From Eledone cirrhosa (Eukaryota): 64,000 bases of DNA. The translations under genes were made by a program, and so were the position numbers. Shown in pieces: positions 1-11,464 of this stretch (the stretch's first letter is position 1; the number at the start of each line of letters is the position of its first letter). The stretch is from contig OZ024743.1 of NCBI GenBank assembly GCA_964016885.1, forward strand, positions 102,238,001 through 102,302,000. Reading direction: 5' to 3'. The notes beneath the pieces were generated by a model that was not told the DNA's origin, searched no databases, and saw only the letters and a program-made list of their open reading frames with translations.

Positions 1-2936
1 TGGGAGACCTATGAACCTAAGATTTGTAGACAGGAAAAAGTTAAAAGAAACAACAGCTAAGGTAAACAAAGTCATCCCATACCTTGAGGCGAGGAGTCTT
101 CACCAGTGCAACAATATCCTCAAAGCAACAGCAAATACGGTGAGGAAACTACTTGGTATAAAAGCGAGAGGAAACAACAGACAAGAAAGAGCAGAGCCGT
201 GGTGGAAGAAGCGACTGAGTGGGCAAATCGGGGAAATGAGAAATGACATAGGAAAGCTTGAGTCACTACTGAATGGGACACTAAAAAACATAGGCACTAA
301 AAATAGACTGGAAATAAAATACAAAACTAGGAGTAAAAAGCTAAACATTATCATAGAGGAATTGAAGCAACGCATTGTAGCAAAGAGTGCCAAAATCAGG
401 CGATACGAGAACAGAGTCAGTCAGTATAAACAGAACCGCATGTTCGACAACAACCAGAAGATGCTGTTTGGACAGCTTGAGGGGAAAGAAAGAGGCACCG
501 ACTTGATCCCTGGGGCGGAACAAGCTAAAACATTCTGGAGAGGAATATGGGAGCAGGATGTTAGACACAATGCCCAGGCAGGGTGGATTGAGACAGTACA
601 GAGGGAGATCGGTGAGCAGGCACAGCAACAGACTGATTTGAGTATCACAGTTGAAACTCTTAAGGGGCAAGCCAAAAAACTAACCAACTGGAAATCACCA
701 GGCCCAGATGGTGTGCAGGGGTATTGGATTAAACATTTAACATCCCTCCACCCGAAGCTGACGGCCATGTTCAATGACTGCTTGGTGTCGGGTGAGGTGC
801 CAGAGTGGTTGACAAAAGGTACCACAGTTCTGATAATGAAAGACCGAATCAAGGGTAATGATGTTACCAACTATAGACCTATCACATGTCTGCCCGTAAT
901 GTGGAAACTGTTGACGAGCATTGTGTCTGAGGAAATCTACCATCACCTCCACACAAACAACTTGTTGCCGGACGAACAGAAAGGATGCCGAAAGAAGTCA
1001 CGTGGTACAAAGGACCAGTTGCTTATTGATAAGATGGTAATGGGGAATTGCAGGAGGAGACACACTGATCTTGCCATGGGATGGATAGACTACAGAAAGG
1101 CATTTGACATGGTGCCTCATTCCTGGATCACCAAAAGTCTGGAGATCTTCAGGGTGGCAGATAACATCAGACAGTTGCTGGGCAGGAGTATGGGGTCCTG
1201 GGAGACAGAGTTGACATCAACTGGAGTATCCTTGGGAAGCGTGAAGATCAAGAGAGGTATCTTCCAGGGAGATAGCCTGTCCCCTCTGTTGTTTGTCCTT
1301 GCCCTGATGCCCTTGACCATTATGCTGCGAAAAGTGAGAGCAGGATACAAGTTGGGAAGGGGAGAGCTTACCATCAATCACCTCCTCTTCATGGACGATC
1401 TTAAGCTCTTCGGGAAAAGTGAGAAGGAGTTGGATGTGCTTGTTGACACTGTCCGTATTTTCAGCAGTGATATATGTATGCAGTTTGGTATTGGTAAATG
1501 TGGAGTCATTGTGATGAGGAGGGGTAGGTTGAGCAGAAGTAACGGGATCCAGATACCAACAGGTGAGATGATAAAGGAAATTGACTCTGAGGAAGGATAC
1601 AAGTATTTGGGCGTTCTGGAGGCTGATGGCATAAAGAACAAAAAAATGAAGGAATTGTTAAGAACTGAATACATTCGGAGAGTAAGGAGCGTATTGAAGT
1701 CACATCTGAACAGCAGAAATGCCATAAGCGCAGTAAATTCCCGAGCTGTGTCTATTATTAGGTACAGTGCGGGAATTCTGAGATGGAATGTTGCTGAACA
1801 AAAAGAAATGGATAGGAAGACTAGGAAGCTATTGACTATCTACAACATGTTCCACAAGAGGAGTGATGTCGATAGACTCTACCTAAGGAGATGTGAGGGT
1901 GGAAGAGGTCTTATCAGCATAGAGGACTGTGTTCAGATGGAGAAAAACAACCTATACAAATACGTGACCTATAGTAAGGAGCCAATGCTCAGAGCTGTAC
2001 TGAAGGAGGGGACAGTAGGCCAGGGGATACCCAAGGAGGAAATAACATCAAGGAGGAAGAGCAGCCTTAAGGGAAAATCCCTTCATAGTACCTTCTTTGA
2101 GAAAACTGAATTTAGAGATCCACAGACATGGAACTGGTTGAGAAGAGGAGACCTCAAAAAGGCTACAGAAGGAATGCTAATGGCTGCGCAGGAGCAGGCC
2201 CTCAAAACGAAGTGGTTGAAGCACCATATCTACAAGGAGGAGGCTAGCCCACTGTGCAGGATCTGTGGAGAGAGAGAGGAGACTGTGGCTCACATTGTGT
2301 CCGAGTGTAAACACCTAGCCCAGACCCACTATAAGGGCTGGAGACACGATGTGATGGGCAGGGTGATCCACTGGCACCTGTGCAAAGTAAACAATCTACC
2401 ACATTCTGAGAAATGGTATGAGCATAGGCCAGAGGCGGTGATGGAGAACAGTCAGGTGAAGGTGCTGTGGGATTTTAGGATACAGACGGACAAAAAACTG
2501 GAACACAATAGACCTGACCTGGTGGTTGTGGACAAAGAAAAAAGATCGTGCCTGATTGTGGATGTGGCCTGCCCGTTCGACACGAGAGTGCAAGAGAAGG
2601 AGAGGGAGAAAATTAACCGATACCAGGACCTAAAGTGGGAGGTGAAAAGGATTTGGAACTGCCATGAAGTCAAAGCGATCCCGATTGTCATAGGCGCACT
2701 GGGGACTATCTCCAAAGGTTTCCAGGGATGGTTAAAGAAAATCGGCCCCTTCACGCTTTTTGGAACGCTTCAAAAGGCATGCTTGCTTGGAACGGCAAGA
2801 ACCCTCCGATACGTCCTGAATATCTGAGGCTGCAGGTAGTGGCTTGATATTCAATCCAACGGACTTTCCAGTTAACCAACATCAATGACTGAGATTCAAG
2901 GAATAACAATAACAATAATAATAATAATAATAATAA
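1..2936 (+). mobile_element. R4/Dong-like RLE retrotransposon copy 1 with short 3' UTR and AATAACAATAAC(AAT)n end
   Basis: ORF, about 75 bp of 3' UTR, then an (AAT)n tract at 2902-2936. Confidence 0.9.
11..2827 (+). CDS. R4/Dong-clade non-LTR retrotransposon protein (reverse transcriptase + CCHC finger + restriction-like endonuclease); probably begins upstream of the window
   Basis: Uninterrupted 938-aa ORF with RT motifs KSPGPDG, YRPITCL, DYRKAFD, GIFQGDSLSPLLF, LFMDD. C-terminal CRICGEREETVAHIVSEC, RHD and RPDLVVVD..IVDVACP..EKINRY are the RLE signature. Frame is also open before the first ATG. Confidence 0.93.
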   Translation: MNLRFVDRKKLKETTAKVNKVIPYLEARSLHQCNNILKATANTVRKLLGIKARGNNRQERAEPWWKKRLSGQIGEMRNDIGKLESLLNGTLKNIGTKNRLEIKYKTRSKKLNIIIEELKQRIVAKSAKIRRYENRVSQYKQNRMFDNNQKMLFGQLEGKERGTDLIPGAEQAKTFWRGIWEQDVRHNAQAGWIETVQREIGEQAQQQTDLSITVETLKGQAKKLTNWKSPGPDGVQGYWIKHLTSLHPKLTAMFNDCLVSGEVPEWLTKGTTVLIMKDRIKGNDVTNYRPITCLPVMWKLLTSIVSEEIYHHLHTNNLLPDEQKGCRKKSRGTKDQLLIDKMVMGNCRRRHTDLAMGWIDYRKAFDMVPHSWITKSLEIFRVADNIRQLLGRSMGSWETELTSTGVSLGSVKIKRGIFQGDSLSPLLFVLALMPLTIMLRKVRAGYKLGRGELTINHLLFMDDLKLFGKSEKELDVLVDTVRIFSSDICMQFGIGKCGVIVMRRGRLSRSNGIQIPTGEMIKEIDSEEGYKYLGVLEADGIKNKKMKELLRTEYIRRVRSVLKSHLNSRNAISAVNSRAVSIIRYSAGILRWNVAEQKEMDRKTRKLLTIYNMFHKRSDVDRLYLRRCEGGRGLISIEDCVQMEKNNLYKYVTYSKEPMLRAVLKEGTVGQGIPKEEITSRRKSSLKGKSLHSTFFEKTEFRDPQTWNWLRRGDLKKATEGMLMAAQEQALKTKWLKHHIYKEEASPLCRICGEREETVAHIVSECKHLAQTHYKGWRHDVMGRVIHWHLCKVNNLPHSEKWYEHRPEAVMENSQVKVLWDFRIQTDKKLEHNRPDLVVVDKEKRSCLIVDVACPFDTRVQEKEREKINRYQDLKWEVKRIWNCHEVKAIPIVIGALGTISKGFQGWLKKIGPFTLFGTLQKACLLGTARTLRYVLNI

Positions 2937-2938
2937 GC

Positions 2939-3414
2939 AACAGTCAGGTGAAGGTGCTGTGGGATTTTAGGATACAGACGGACAAAAAACTGGAACACAA
3001 TAGACCTGACCTGGTGGTTGTGGACAAAGAAAAAAGATCGTGCCTGATTGTGGATGTGGCCTGCCCGTTCGACACGAGAGTGCAAGAGAAGGAGAGGGAG
3101 AAAATTAACCGATACCAGGACCTAAAGTGGGAGGTGAAAAGGATTTGGAACTGCCATGAAGTCAAAGTGATCCCGATTGTCATAGGCGCACTGGGGACTA
3201 TCTCCAAAGGTTTCCAGGGATGGTTAAAGAAAATCGGCCCCTTCACGCTTTTTGGAACGCTTCAAAAGGCATGCTTGCTTGGAACAGCAAGAACCCTCCG
3301 ATACGTCCTGAATATCTGAGGCTGCAGGTAGTGGCTTGATATTCAATCCAACGGACTTTCCAGTTAACCAACATCAATGACTGAGATTCAAGGAATAACA
3401 ATAACAATAATAAT
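2939..3414 (+). mobile_element. 5'-truncated second copy of the same R4/Dong-like element
   Basis: Repeats 2447-2920 at offset 492 with two substitutions seen; same 3' UTR and AAT tail. Confidence 0.92.
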
Positions 3415-3560
3415 GTTTCTACTTTTGGTACAAGGCCAGCAATAACCCAGTACATTACTGGTACTTTATTTTATCGACTACGTAAGGATGAAAGGCAAAG
3501 TTAACCTCGGCGGGGTTTGAACACAGATCGTAAAGGGAAGTAACTCTCTGCTGGAAAGTA
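3411..3560 (-). mobile_element. tRNA-derived SINE (main family of this window), head truncated
   Basis: Reverse complement of the consensus GAGTTCAAATCCCGCCGAGGTTAACTTTGCCTTTCATCCTTACGGGGTCGATAAAATAAAGTACCAG...AGTAGAAACA(ATT)n. Confidence 0.85.
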
Positions 3561-3766
3561 TAATAATGATAGTGATGTTGCATATAATTATTTCGACGGT
3601 TTTCCCATGCAATCAAGATGCATTTGGTGTTGTTATGAGAACGGTATCCTCAGATGAAATTCGATTTTGTTGAAAAAACACGCCCCATTGCTCGTGCGTC
3701 CAGCAGTAAAAACTAAGAATGTTGAGGGCTTGCTTGTGTTTTTACCAAAACAATCTCTTCGGAACA

Positions 3767-3849
<83 letters not shown>

Positions 3850-4004
3850 GTAGAACACCGGGAAGTTATATCGGTATTAATTGAAGCACATAGGCCTTAG
3901 GACGATTTCGGTATAAAGTTAATTCCACAACATATTAGGAAACCATCTTCGAGGACACGTGTCTCACCCAACGGATTTTCAACTTGAGTTAGTTGTGGAA
4001 CTAA

Positions 4005-4099
<95 letters not shown>

Positions 4100-4230
4100 C
4101 TGTCGACCACCCTATTCACGCCAATGGGAGGACGCTAGCATGTTGTTAGTAGTTTTAGAATTGCAACACGTGCGACGGGTCACTCGCAGATTTGCATTTG
4201 ATGTGTAAACACAGATAGTTATTTCTTCTC

Positions 4231-4313
4231 CATTGCTGAAGATCCTAAATTCCACTACTGTGACTTTACGGATTATTGGTGAAATATATTTCTTTAATGA
4301 AATATATACAAGG
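4231..4313 (+). ncRNA. Type I hammerhead ribozyme-like motif (stem I mismatch)
   Basis: CATTG-CTGAAGA(4236)...GAAA(4299)-TATA-TA-CAAGG. Confidence 0.5.
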
Positions 4314-4781
4314 AGGATTAATCATTTTTTAAAAGGTATTATTTGAAGCTCTAGTTAAACTTTAATTAGTTACCTACCTAGCTATGTGTGATTACACACT
4401 TTACAAATTATCCCCTGTGATTGTTTCATGTGTTTATTTTATATATATATATATATGTCAATCAATTTCTAGTTGATATAAAATGCTCGGATCTATTCAT
4501 TATAATCTTTGAGCTTATTCTACGGTGGATATGGCGCATGTCTCGGACATGACTCACTTAATTTATTTTTATTTAATTTATTTCGGATATATAAACGGCT
4601 CCTTAATTGTAGAGCTAAATCGGTTGAAAGGACTCGGCTGCTATTTATAGCTCTCGACCACCCTATTCACGCTAATTGGAGGACGCTAGCATGTTGTTAG
4701 TAGTATTAGAATTGCAACACGTGCAACGGGTCACTCGCAGATTTGCATTTGATGTGTAAGCACAGATAGTTATTTCTTCCC

Positions 4782-4864
4782 CCTTGCTGAAGATCCTAAA
4801 TTTCACTACTGTGACTTTACGGATTATTGGTGAAATATATTTCTTTAATGAAATATATACAAGG
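4782..4864 (+). ncRNA. Type I hammerhead ribozyme-like motif with long stem II
   Basis: CCTTG-CTGAAGA(4787)-[ATTTCACTA...TGGTGAAAT]-GAAA(4850)-TATA-TA-CAAGG; CCTTG pairs with CAAGG. Confidence 0.6.
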
Positions 4865-5020
4865 AGGATTAATCATTTTTTAAAATGTAATATTTGAAGC
4901 TCTAGTTAAACTTTAATTAGTTACCTACCTAGTTATGTGTGATAACACACTTTACAATTTATCCCCTGTGATTGTTTCATGTGTTTATTTTAAATATATA
5001 TATGTCAATAAATTTCTAGT

Positions 5021-5100
<80 letters not shown>

Positions 5101-5119
5101 TTATATATATTTATATATT

Positions 5120-5360
5120 TATATTTACACCCTCAGGAGGTTATAAAAATCTTTGTTCGAATCACATTTTTATTATATTCTAATATTCTACTTAGAAACA
5201 ATTAATATTTCTGTTAAATAGCGTGGCATTTATAGTCACACTCATTGTTAATGGAAGTGACCGTCGTGAAAAGTTTCAACCGAGAATGAGTTAAATTCAA
5301 TTAAATAGAAATTAATATTTAATGAGTTGTGCATTTATAAAATCTTACGCCATGAATTGG
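5120..5360 (-). pseudogene. Possible decayed Penelope-like GIY-YIG endonuclease 3' fragment
   Basis: Manual minus-strand translation with frameshifts gives FYKCTTH..FYLIEFNSFSVET and a terminal PPEGVNI, similar to the PLE NVIYLI.C..YVGET and PxGLN motifs; many stops. Confidence 0.3.
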
Positions 5361-5720
5361 CAATTTCTTTTGATACGGGATATCCACTGATAGCTGACAA
5401 TTAACTGTGTCTTCCACTAAGAAAACGTTTTGAATTAAATTAAATTAAAATAAATTGGAATGAAATTAATTTCCAATCAAACAACATAAGGAATACATGT
5501 AATATCTTTACAATAGACAGGATATTCAATGAATAGACTTAGACAAACTACATTTCGTAACATATTACCCTTAAAGACGTAGCTAGTAATTCTCAATATA
5601 CTTTACCTGTTATCCCTAAAGAGTATATACCTACGAGTAAATTAATCTTAAATTAAATATTTATCAAAGTAATTGTAATAACTTTCCCACTATATAATAC
5701 AAATTACCTGCACCTACGTA

Positions 5721-5777
<57 letters not shown>

Positions 5778-5778
<1 letters not shown>

Positions 5779-6222
5779 CAGAAATAGGATTTAGCTTCAA
5801 GCATAGCTGTATACGGATATGTATAGAAATTTCGTATTTCCAAAGAAACACGGTATCTTTACAGGGTAAACATTTAGGAGGCCATAGCTATACAAACACC
5901 GCTGTTCACGCCCTCTGGTGGTGTCCAGCAGAAGCAAGGGGGACAACGATCTATGCATTTCAGACAGAACTGGTCTTCATCAGGACGATCCTTCCTATGC
6001 TTGCAACTGGTGGATTTGAGAACAGTCGAGAATATATAGTTTTCTCGTCTGTGTAAATGAGGTGATTAATGAGGTGATTAATCTTATTTGCATAAGTTCG
6101 CACAAATTATAATAGACACCAGCAGAGGACGTTAGCCCCGCTGTTTGCATAGCTACAGCTCCTTAAATGTTTACCCTGCAAACATACCGTGTTTGTTTAA
6201 AAATACGAAATTTCTATACATA
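5778..6222 (-). mobile_element. Fold-back non-coding element between (TA)n and (CA)n, carrying a hammerhead
   Basis: About 80-bp imperfect inverted repeat (5817-5900 vs 6142-6222) around a hammerhead at 5947-5987. Confidence 0.6.
5947..5987 (-). ncRNA. Minimal type I hammerhead ribozyme
   Basis: Minus strand: CGTC-CTGATGA-AGAC-cagttct-GTCT-GAAA-TGCA-TA-GATCG. Full core, 4-bp stem II, palindromic stem III, AUA site; stem I has a 1-nt bulge. Confidence 0.75.
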
Positions 6223-6264
6223 CACACACACACTCACACACATATATATATATATATAAATAAT

Positions 6265-6386
<122 letters not shown>

Positions 6387-6459
6387 ATACGCGTGTGTAC
6401 GTGTGTGTGTATGCGCATATATAACATATGTATCATATTTTCTATTATTCTATTGTGTT

Positions 6460-6900
6460 CTAGCCGAGAGCGTGGGCCATCCTGGGACACCTCCACTTAT
6501 GCTACACTTTGTATAACCACCCTTCTCTGGTTGGCCATTGATGCAAAAGGGAGTTCGTTGCTGCTGCTCTTATTTTGAGTTTGTCTCGTGCTCTGCGTTC
6601 ATCTCGGATCTTTGTTAGTAGAATGTCGAGATGTCTTTTGTAAACAGCTGCAAGCACACCATGTTAACCTCTCATATTATTTGGCAGCTTATTAAGAAGC
6701 TGAACCCAAGATATTGCAGTATGTGCTCCTTATTGTCGATGCAACCGACGGGATCTTTGGCACTACACAGGGGCGTCCTATTCGTGGGCTGGTTACTGCC
6801 TTCAATGCTAAAATTTGGTTCTAACCATTTCAGGATCTGCCGTATGTATATCGCTGCGTATGACTCCCTTCATCGCTTCAGGGACTAAAGCGTCATTTTC
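6460..6900 (-). mobile_element. Decayed CR1/L2-type LINE 3' end
   Basis: Minus strand translates to RESYAAIYIRQILKWLEPN...QLLNKLPNNMRG*HGV...YKRHLDILLTKIRDE...RAAATNSL, matching the CR1-like ORF2 C-terminus pattern. Confidence 0.65.
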
Positions 6901-7111
6901 TTCAGCCTCCTCTAGTAGCACTCACCTCTTTCATTGCGGCAATGCATATAATATATATATATCAAGTAAGAATATTTTCGAAACAGAGGGCGGGTTTGAA
7001 ATTATTATAAATGTAAGCTATCGCCGTATATATATATATGTATATAATATGATTTCGTATATGTATTTAATATATATATATACCTTGCAAGCAGGGAAAA
7101 GCGGACGTAAA

Positions 7112-7146
<35 letters not shown>

Positions 7147-7383
7147 ACGTTAGAACGTTAGAACCACTGTGTGATTTCTCAATCGTGTGTGTGTATATAT
7201 ATATATATATATTGAAGTAAACGAGGTAACGTATACGGTAATCCAAGTACAAGTTATTATGAGTAATCTGTATCGAGGAGAATTTTAACGTGCGGCGTTA
7301 TTTGATACAAGATGTTTACTTAGTTGAGGCGTTCGGATGGCAGATTTCCGAGAGTTCCTAGCTAATCAGTACCTGGAGTATTA

Positions 7384-7577
7384 ATAATGAAGGAATGAAG
7401 AATAACTTGGATAAGCTATACAGTAGGGTTTATTCCAAGTATTAACATATGTTTCATTGGCTGCAGATAGCAATTTTAGACGCATCCAACCACATACTAG
7501 CCGATGAAACATATATTAATACTTAGAAGAAACCCTACTGTAAAGCTTAGCCGTGTTATTTTTCATTCCTTCATTAT
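7384..7577. repeat. Inverted repeat (about 78-bp arms) abutting a (CA)n/(TA)n tract
   Basis: 7384-7462 is an imperfect reverse complement of 7499-7577; the left arm reads GAAACATATGTT..AATAAA outward. Confidence 0.8.
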
Positions 7578-7648
7578 GCACACACATACAGACACACACA
7601 CACACACACACACATACACACACACACACACATATATATATACATGCA

Positions 7649-7745
<97 letters not shown>

Positions 7746-7758
7746 CAAAGATGTAATA

Positions 7759-7845
7759 CAGAACTAGAACTGTTTCATTTGTTTGAAATCATTAGGAATG
7801 TCGCATTCCTGATGATTTCATACGAATGGAACAGTTCTTGTCCTG
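7759..7845. repeat. Short hairpin made of two inverted, degenerate hammerhead copies
   Basis: AGAACTGTTTCATTTGTTTGAAATCATTAGGAATG-tcg-CATTCCTGATGATTTCATACGAATGGAACAGTTCT; same family as 51491-51535. Confidence 0.55.
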
Positions 7846-7939
7846 AAGACGCCTTCAGCATATTAAATTTTGGTTGTTCTCACTATTTATGTATTGAGTA
7901 CCTTATTTACTGTCGTTACCCCGATTGGACCCGGGATAA

Positions 7940-7985
<46 letters not shown>

Positions 7986-8319
7986 ATGTCTCTTTGCAGA
8001 TATAAGCTCGCATATCTGACGAAACGTCAAAACAGAATCGGCTCCCGTCTCCTTCAATGTGCCTTGTATATTATAATTACATTACATTAATGAACAGAAT
8101 AAATTGTAACATAATTATAAAATGTAATATAATTATACAATAATTACATTACATTATTGAACAGAAAAGTTTGAAAAGAAAAATCATAAAATCATAAAGA
8201 TGGAGTAAAGCTTTCTTCTGTTATTTCGATTCTTTGACATGCTCTGTGCTGAACTTTGGTGTTGCTTTCTCCAGGAACCGATATATATTTATTATAACAT
8301 AATAATATATAATAAAGCA

Positions 8320-8800
8320 CCAATACCCTTCCAAATACGAAACTTGGGAAGTCACGCAGCGGCTCTAACGTTTAATTTTCCATTGACTTTAGCAGTACCA
8401 GAGGCAATTTTCTGTGTGTGTTCTTAACACAAGTTAATTTCTAGTCTTTCTAGGAAATCCTGAAGAATTTCTAAGTGGTTTGCCAAATGTTTTGACACTA
8501 GTTTTGCACAATATTTTGGCATGCGCAATTGTTCTCTTAAGATTTTGTGAACTGAATTTGTATCCAAGACCATTTCTTCTGAATCACCGCTCACATCACT
8601 TCTACATTGTGTTCAGTTGTTGACAAGATTGGACTTCTTAAACGAGGTTCGTATTCAACATTTTCTCAACCCTCTTTGAAAAGTTTGTGCTATTTAGAAA
8701 ACTTACTTCTCGATAGAGAGGCATTTTCATAAGCTTGAGTTAAAGAATTAAATATTTCGGCGGTAAACTTCTTTAGTTTCACACTTTGTTCGATATTTTC
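8320..8800 (-). mobile_element. Internally deleted, decayed mariner transposase
   Basis: Minus strand gives VKLKKFTAEIFNSLTQAYENASLSRSKFSK*HKLFKEG*ENVEYEPR..., VHKILREQLRMPKYCAKLVSKHL (N-terminal HTH and WVP-like linker), then QWKIKR*SRCVTSQVSYLEG (YFEG-like C-terminus); catalytic domain missing. Confidence 0.7.
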
Positions 8801-8965
8801 CTGCATCACAAACGTAACAGAGGTTATAAACAGGTCTGTACATTAACAGCAACATCTCCGACTGTCTCAATCGATTATTTTGAAATAAGTATGAAAGTGG
8901 AGCCAAAGTCTTAACCCACAGGCTAAACCGTGGGAGAAGCATTTTTTAATATGTAAATATATATA

Positions 8966-9061
<96 letters not shown>

Positions 9062-9075
9062 TACAGTATATATAT

Positions 9076-9465
9076 AGGTTTGTTGGTTCACCACTGGATA
9101 GAACTGGTCATTCCGTATGGTCAACATCGATGTAATATTATGGAGAGCACTGAACGTAATGCAACTCAGCCGTCTTCGTTTGTGTAGTTGGTGGTGCGAG
9201 TACGGAGCTAATTATTATAAAATAACAGGAGGCTGGACTGGTGTAATTCCTTAAAAGGCTTATTATACTGGAGGGCGGCCGACCGGGGTAGAAGCTGCTA
9301 CATGTTCGGTCACCCTCATGTCTCTGATTTTCAGCCCCATTGATTTTGTCTATTATATTCCTTTACATTCCGATTTCACCGGATTCATACTGAACCCGGT
9401 CATTGAAATGATCATAGAATAATAAATCTTTTAAGGAATTACACCAGTCCAGCCTCCTGTTATTT

Positions 9466-9468
<3 letters not shown>
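9076..9468. mobile_element. Fold-back non-coding element in (TA)n; inverted-rearranged relative of 29862-30200
   Basis: 9076-9266 aligns to 29862-30050; 9270-9468 is the reverse complement of about 30000-30200; internal inverted repeat 9215-9266 vs 9420-9468. Confidence 0.75.
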
Positions 9469-9507
<39 letters not shown>

Positions 9508-9568
9508 TAATACAATTCTCTCTCTATATATATACAAACACACACACATATATGTGTTACACACACAG

Positions 9569-9665
<97 letters not shown>

Positions 9666-11464
9666 AATATATGTATATATGTATACAAGCAGGGTGGGAG
9701 ACATGGAGTTAAGAAAGTGATCATTAAAAACTGTAGAATTACGTGTGCTTAAATAATACGAAAACAACATGCGTGTGAGCGTATTTATGTTCATAAAAAG
9801 CCTTCCAACCACTTTGTATCAGTTTTGTCATCTTTGTATTTTAATCATTCCTTCCCAAATCTTTGGAGAATACTTTGATCAGAGGAGAGCGTGATGTTTG
9901 GAAGCCTATATTTAATTATATTCTAGTCGTTGATTCAGTTTCCCCCGACCCTATCAGTAATTATCAGATGATTGCGAGCCAGAATGTTGTCCCGTTTGGT
10001 ACATGTTTTGAACACTTCTTATACGTTTCCTATCGAGGTATTGGCACACGTCGCAATGGATGTAGTTAGAAACATAATTGTGCCTGTGAATATTCTCGGA
10101 GACGTCAAGTGGTATGCTGCAGAGGATGATGTACATAACTTTTTTTATTGTCCTGGTTTGTATTGTTCTCACTTGATGCTATATATTTATTTCTCTATTT
10201 CTATTTGGGAGACTGATATATATATATATAGATGAATGGCCAGATACAAAGTGAAGAAATCAGTATATCAGAGAACAATGTGTGATATGCATCCATATAG
10301 TTCCTCCCTCTATTGTTTTGTATGGTCCCTTAACACTTTATGGAATTGTAGCGACGCCATAGTAACTTACAGTGTGTGGCGGTCATTTTTTAAACCCGGT
10401 TTGAATCCCAACAATCTCTTCCAGAGAAAGATAGAGAATGATAGATAGGAAGTGAGGAAGAGATTTGGATGAAGAATCGATCCCAGTGAATGAATACCGA
10501 GTGAATGAATACCGAGATATCGGTCTCCTGCAAGTAGAATCAAACTTAATTTTTGTGTTTAGCTCAGAGCTATTGAGCGATTGTTGAATTTCACTTTAGT
10601 TTACATTTCTTTCTGTCGAGCCTTCAGGGGTTTAATTCAAGAAGAGTCCTTTTCTCTGTAGTACACCTGTTTTAATTTCTCTTTTACTTCTGCGTTTGTA
10701 TTTAATAATTTTCTTTTACTAACAGGTATGTCACGTGAACTAGTATTTAGGCTGTTGAACCTATAATCGTAATGTTGGAATTTCAATTTCTCAACCTGGT
10801 AGAAGCAAAACGTTTCATTACACGTTGCTTTTCCTGATAAGACCGCGGCTCATATAAAAAAAAACGAATAACCTCATGGGGAGATACCTAAACATACATA
10901 TATATGATCAAGAAAGTTCATTTTTTTTTTCATTAATAAGACTGGCTTTAGTCTAATACTTTGAGTTTTGTGTTTGTCTAATTTGATAAGCTCGATCCAA
11001 GTTAGTTTAATTCTTCTTATTTTAGATTTGGCAGATTCTAATCTCATACCCATTTTTATGATTTCATTGATTTTCTAAACCATTTACTTTCTCAACATGT
11101 TCCCCAAACCCCGTAACTTTACACATTTATAAACATTTATAAAAGGTCGATGGGTGTTTGATAACCCCCTGTCTATTGCATGTCTTATGATAAACGAGTT
11201 CTACTTGTGACAACATCGTATATTATTTAGACATAATGTATCTAGGAGCAAATTATTATCGTAACCCTCGCGGATAGCTGCAATTTGTGAGAGATATTTA
11301 TGTTTGTCTATACTCATGCCACCACAATGCACTGCAGGAAACAATAAAGAATAGTTGAATAAGTCGGGAAATGTACCTATATATATATGTGTGTGTGTGT
11401 GTATAGGGCGGAAGAACTCATAAGAGTCAACGGCGATCCGAAAGTGTGTAAATATGTATATAGA

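Larger units (their letters stand above)
4097..5026 (+). mobile_element. Non-coding partial-tandem element (about 380-bp direct repeats, 551-bp period) between (TA)n tracts; Penelope-like or retrozyme-like
   Basis: 4097-4480 is repeated at about 4648-5026; each repeat holds a hammerhead-like motif. Confidence 0.7.

Noticed and set aside
3846-4008. Hammerhead-like TCGAAGA..GAAATCGTC on the minus strand with a short inverted repeat
   Set aside because: Core is altered and no stem I pairing was found; not called.
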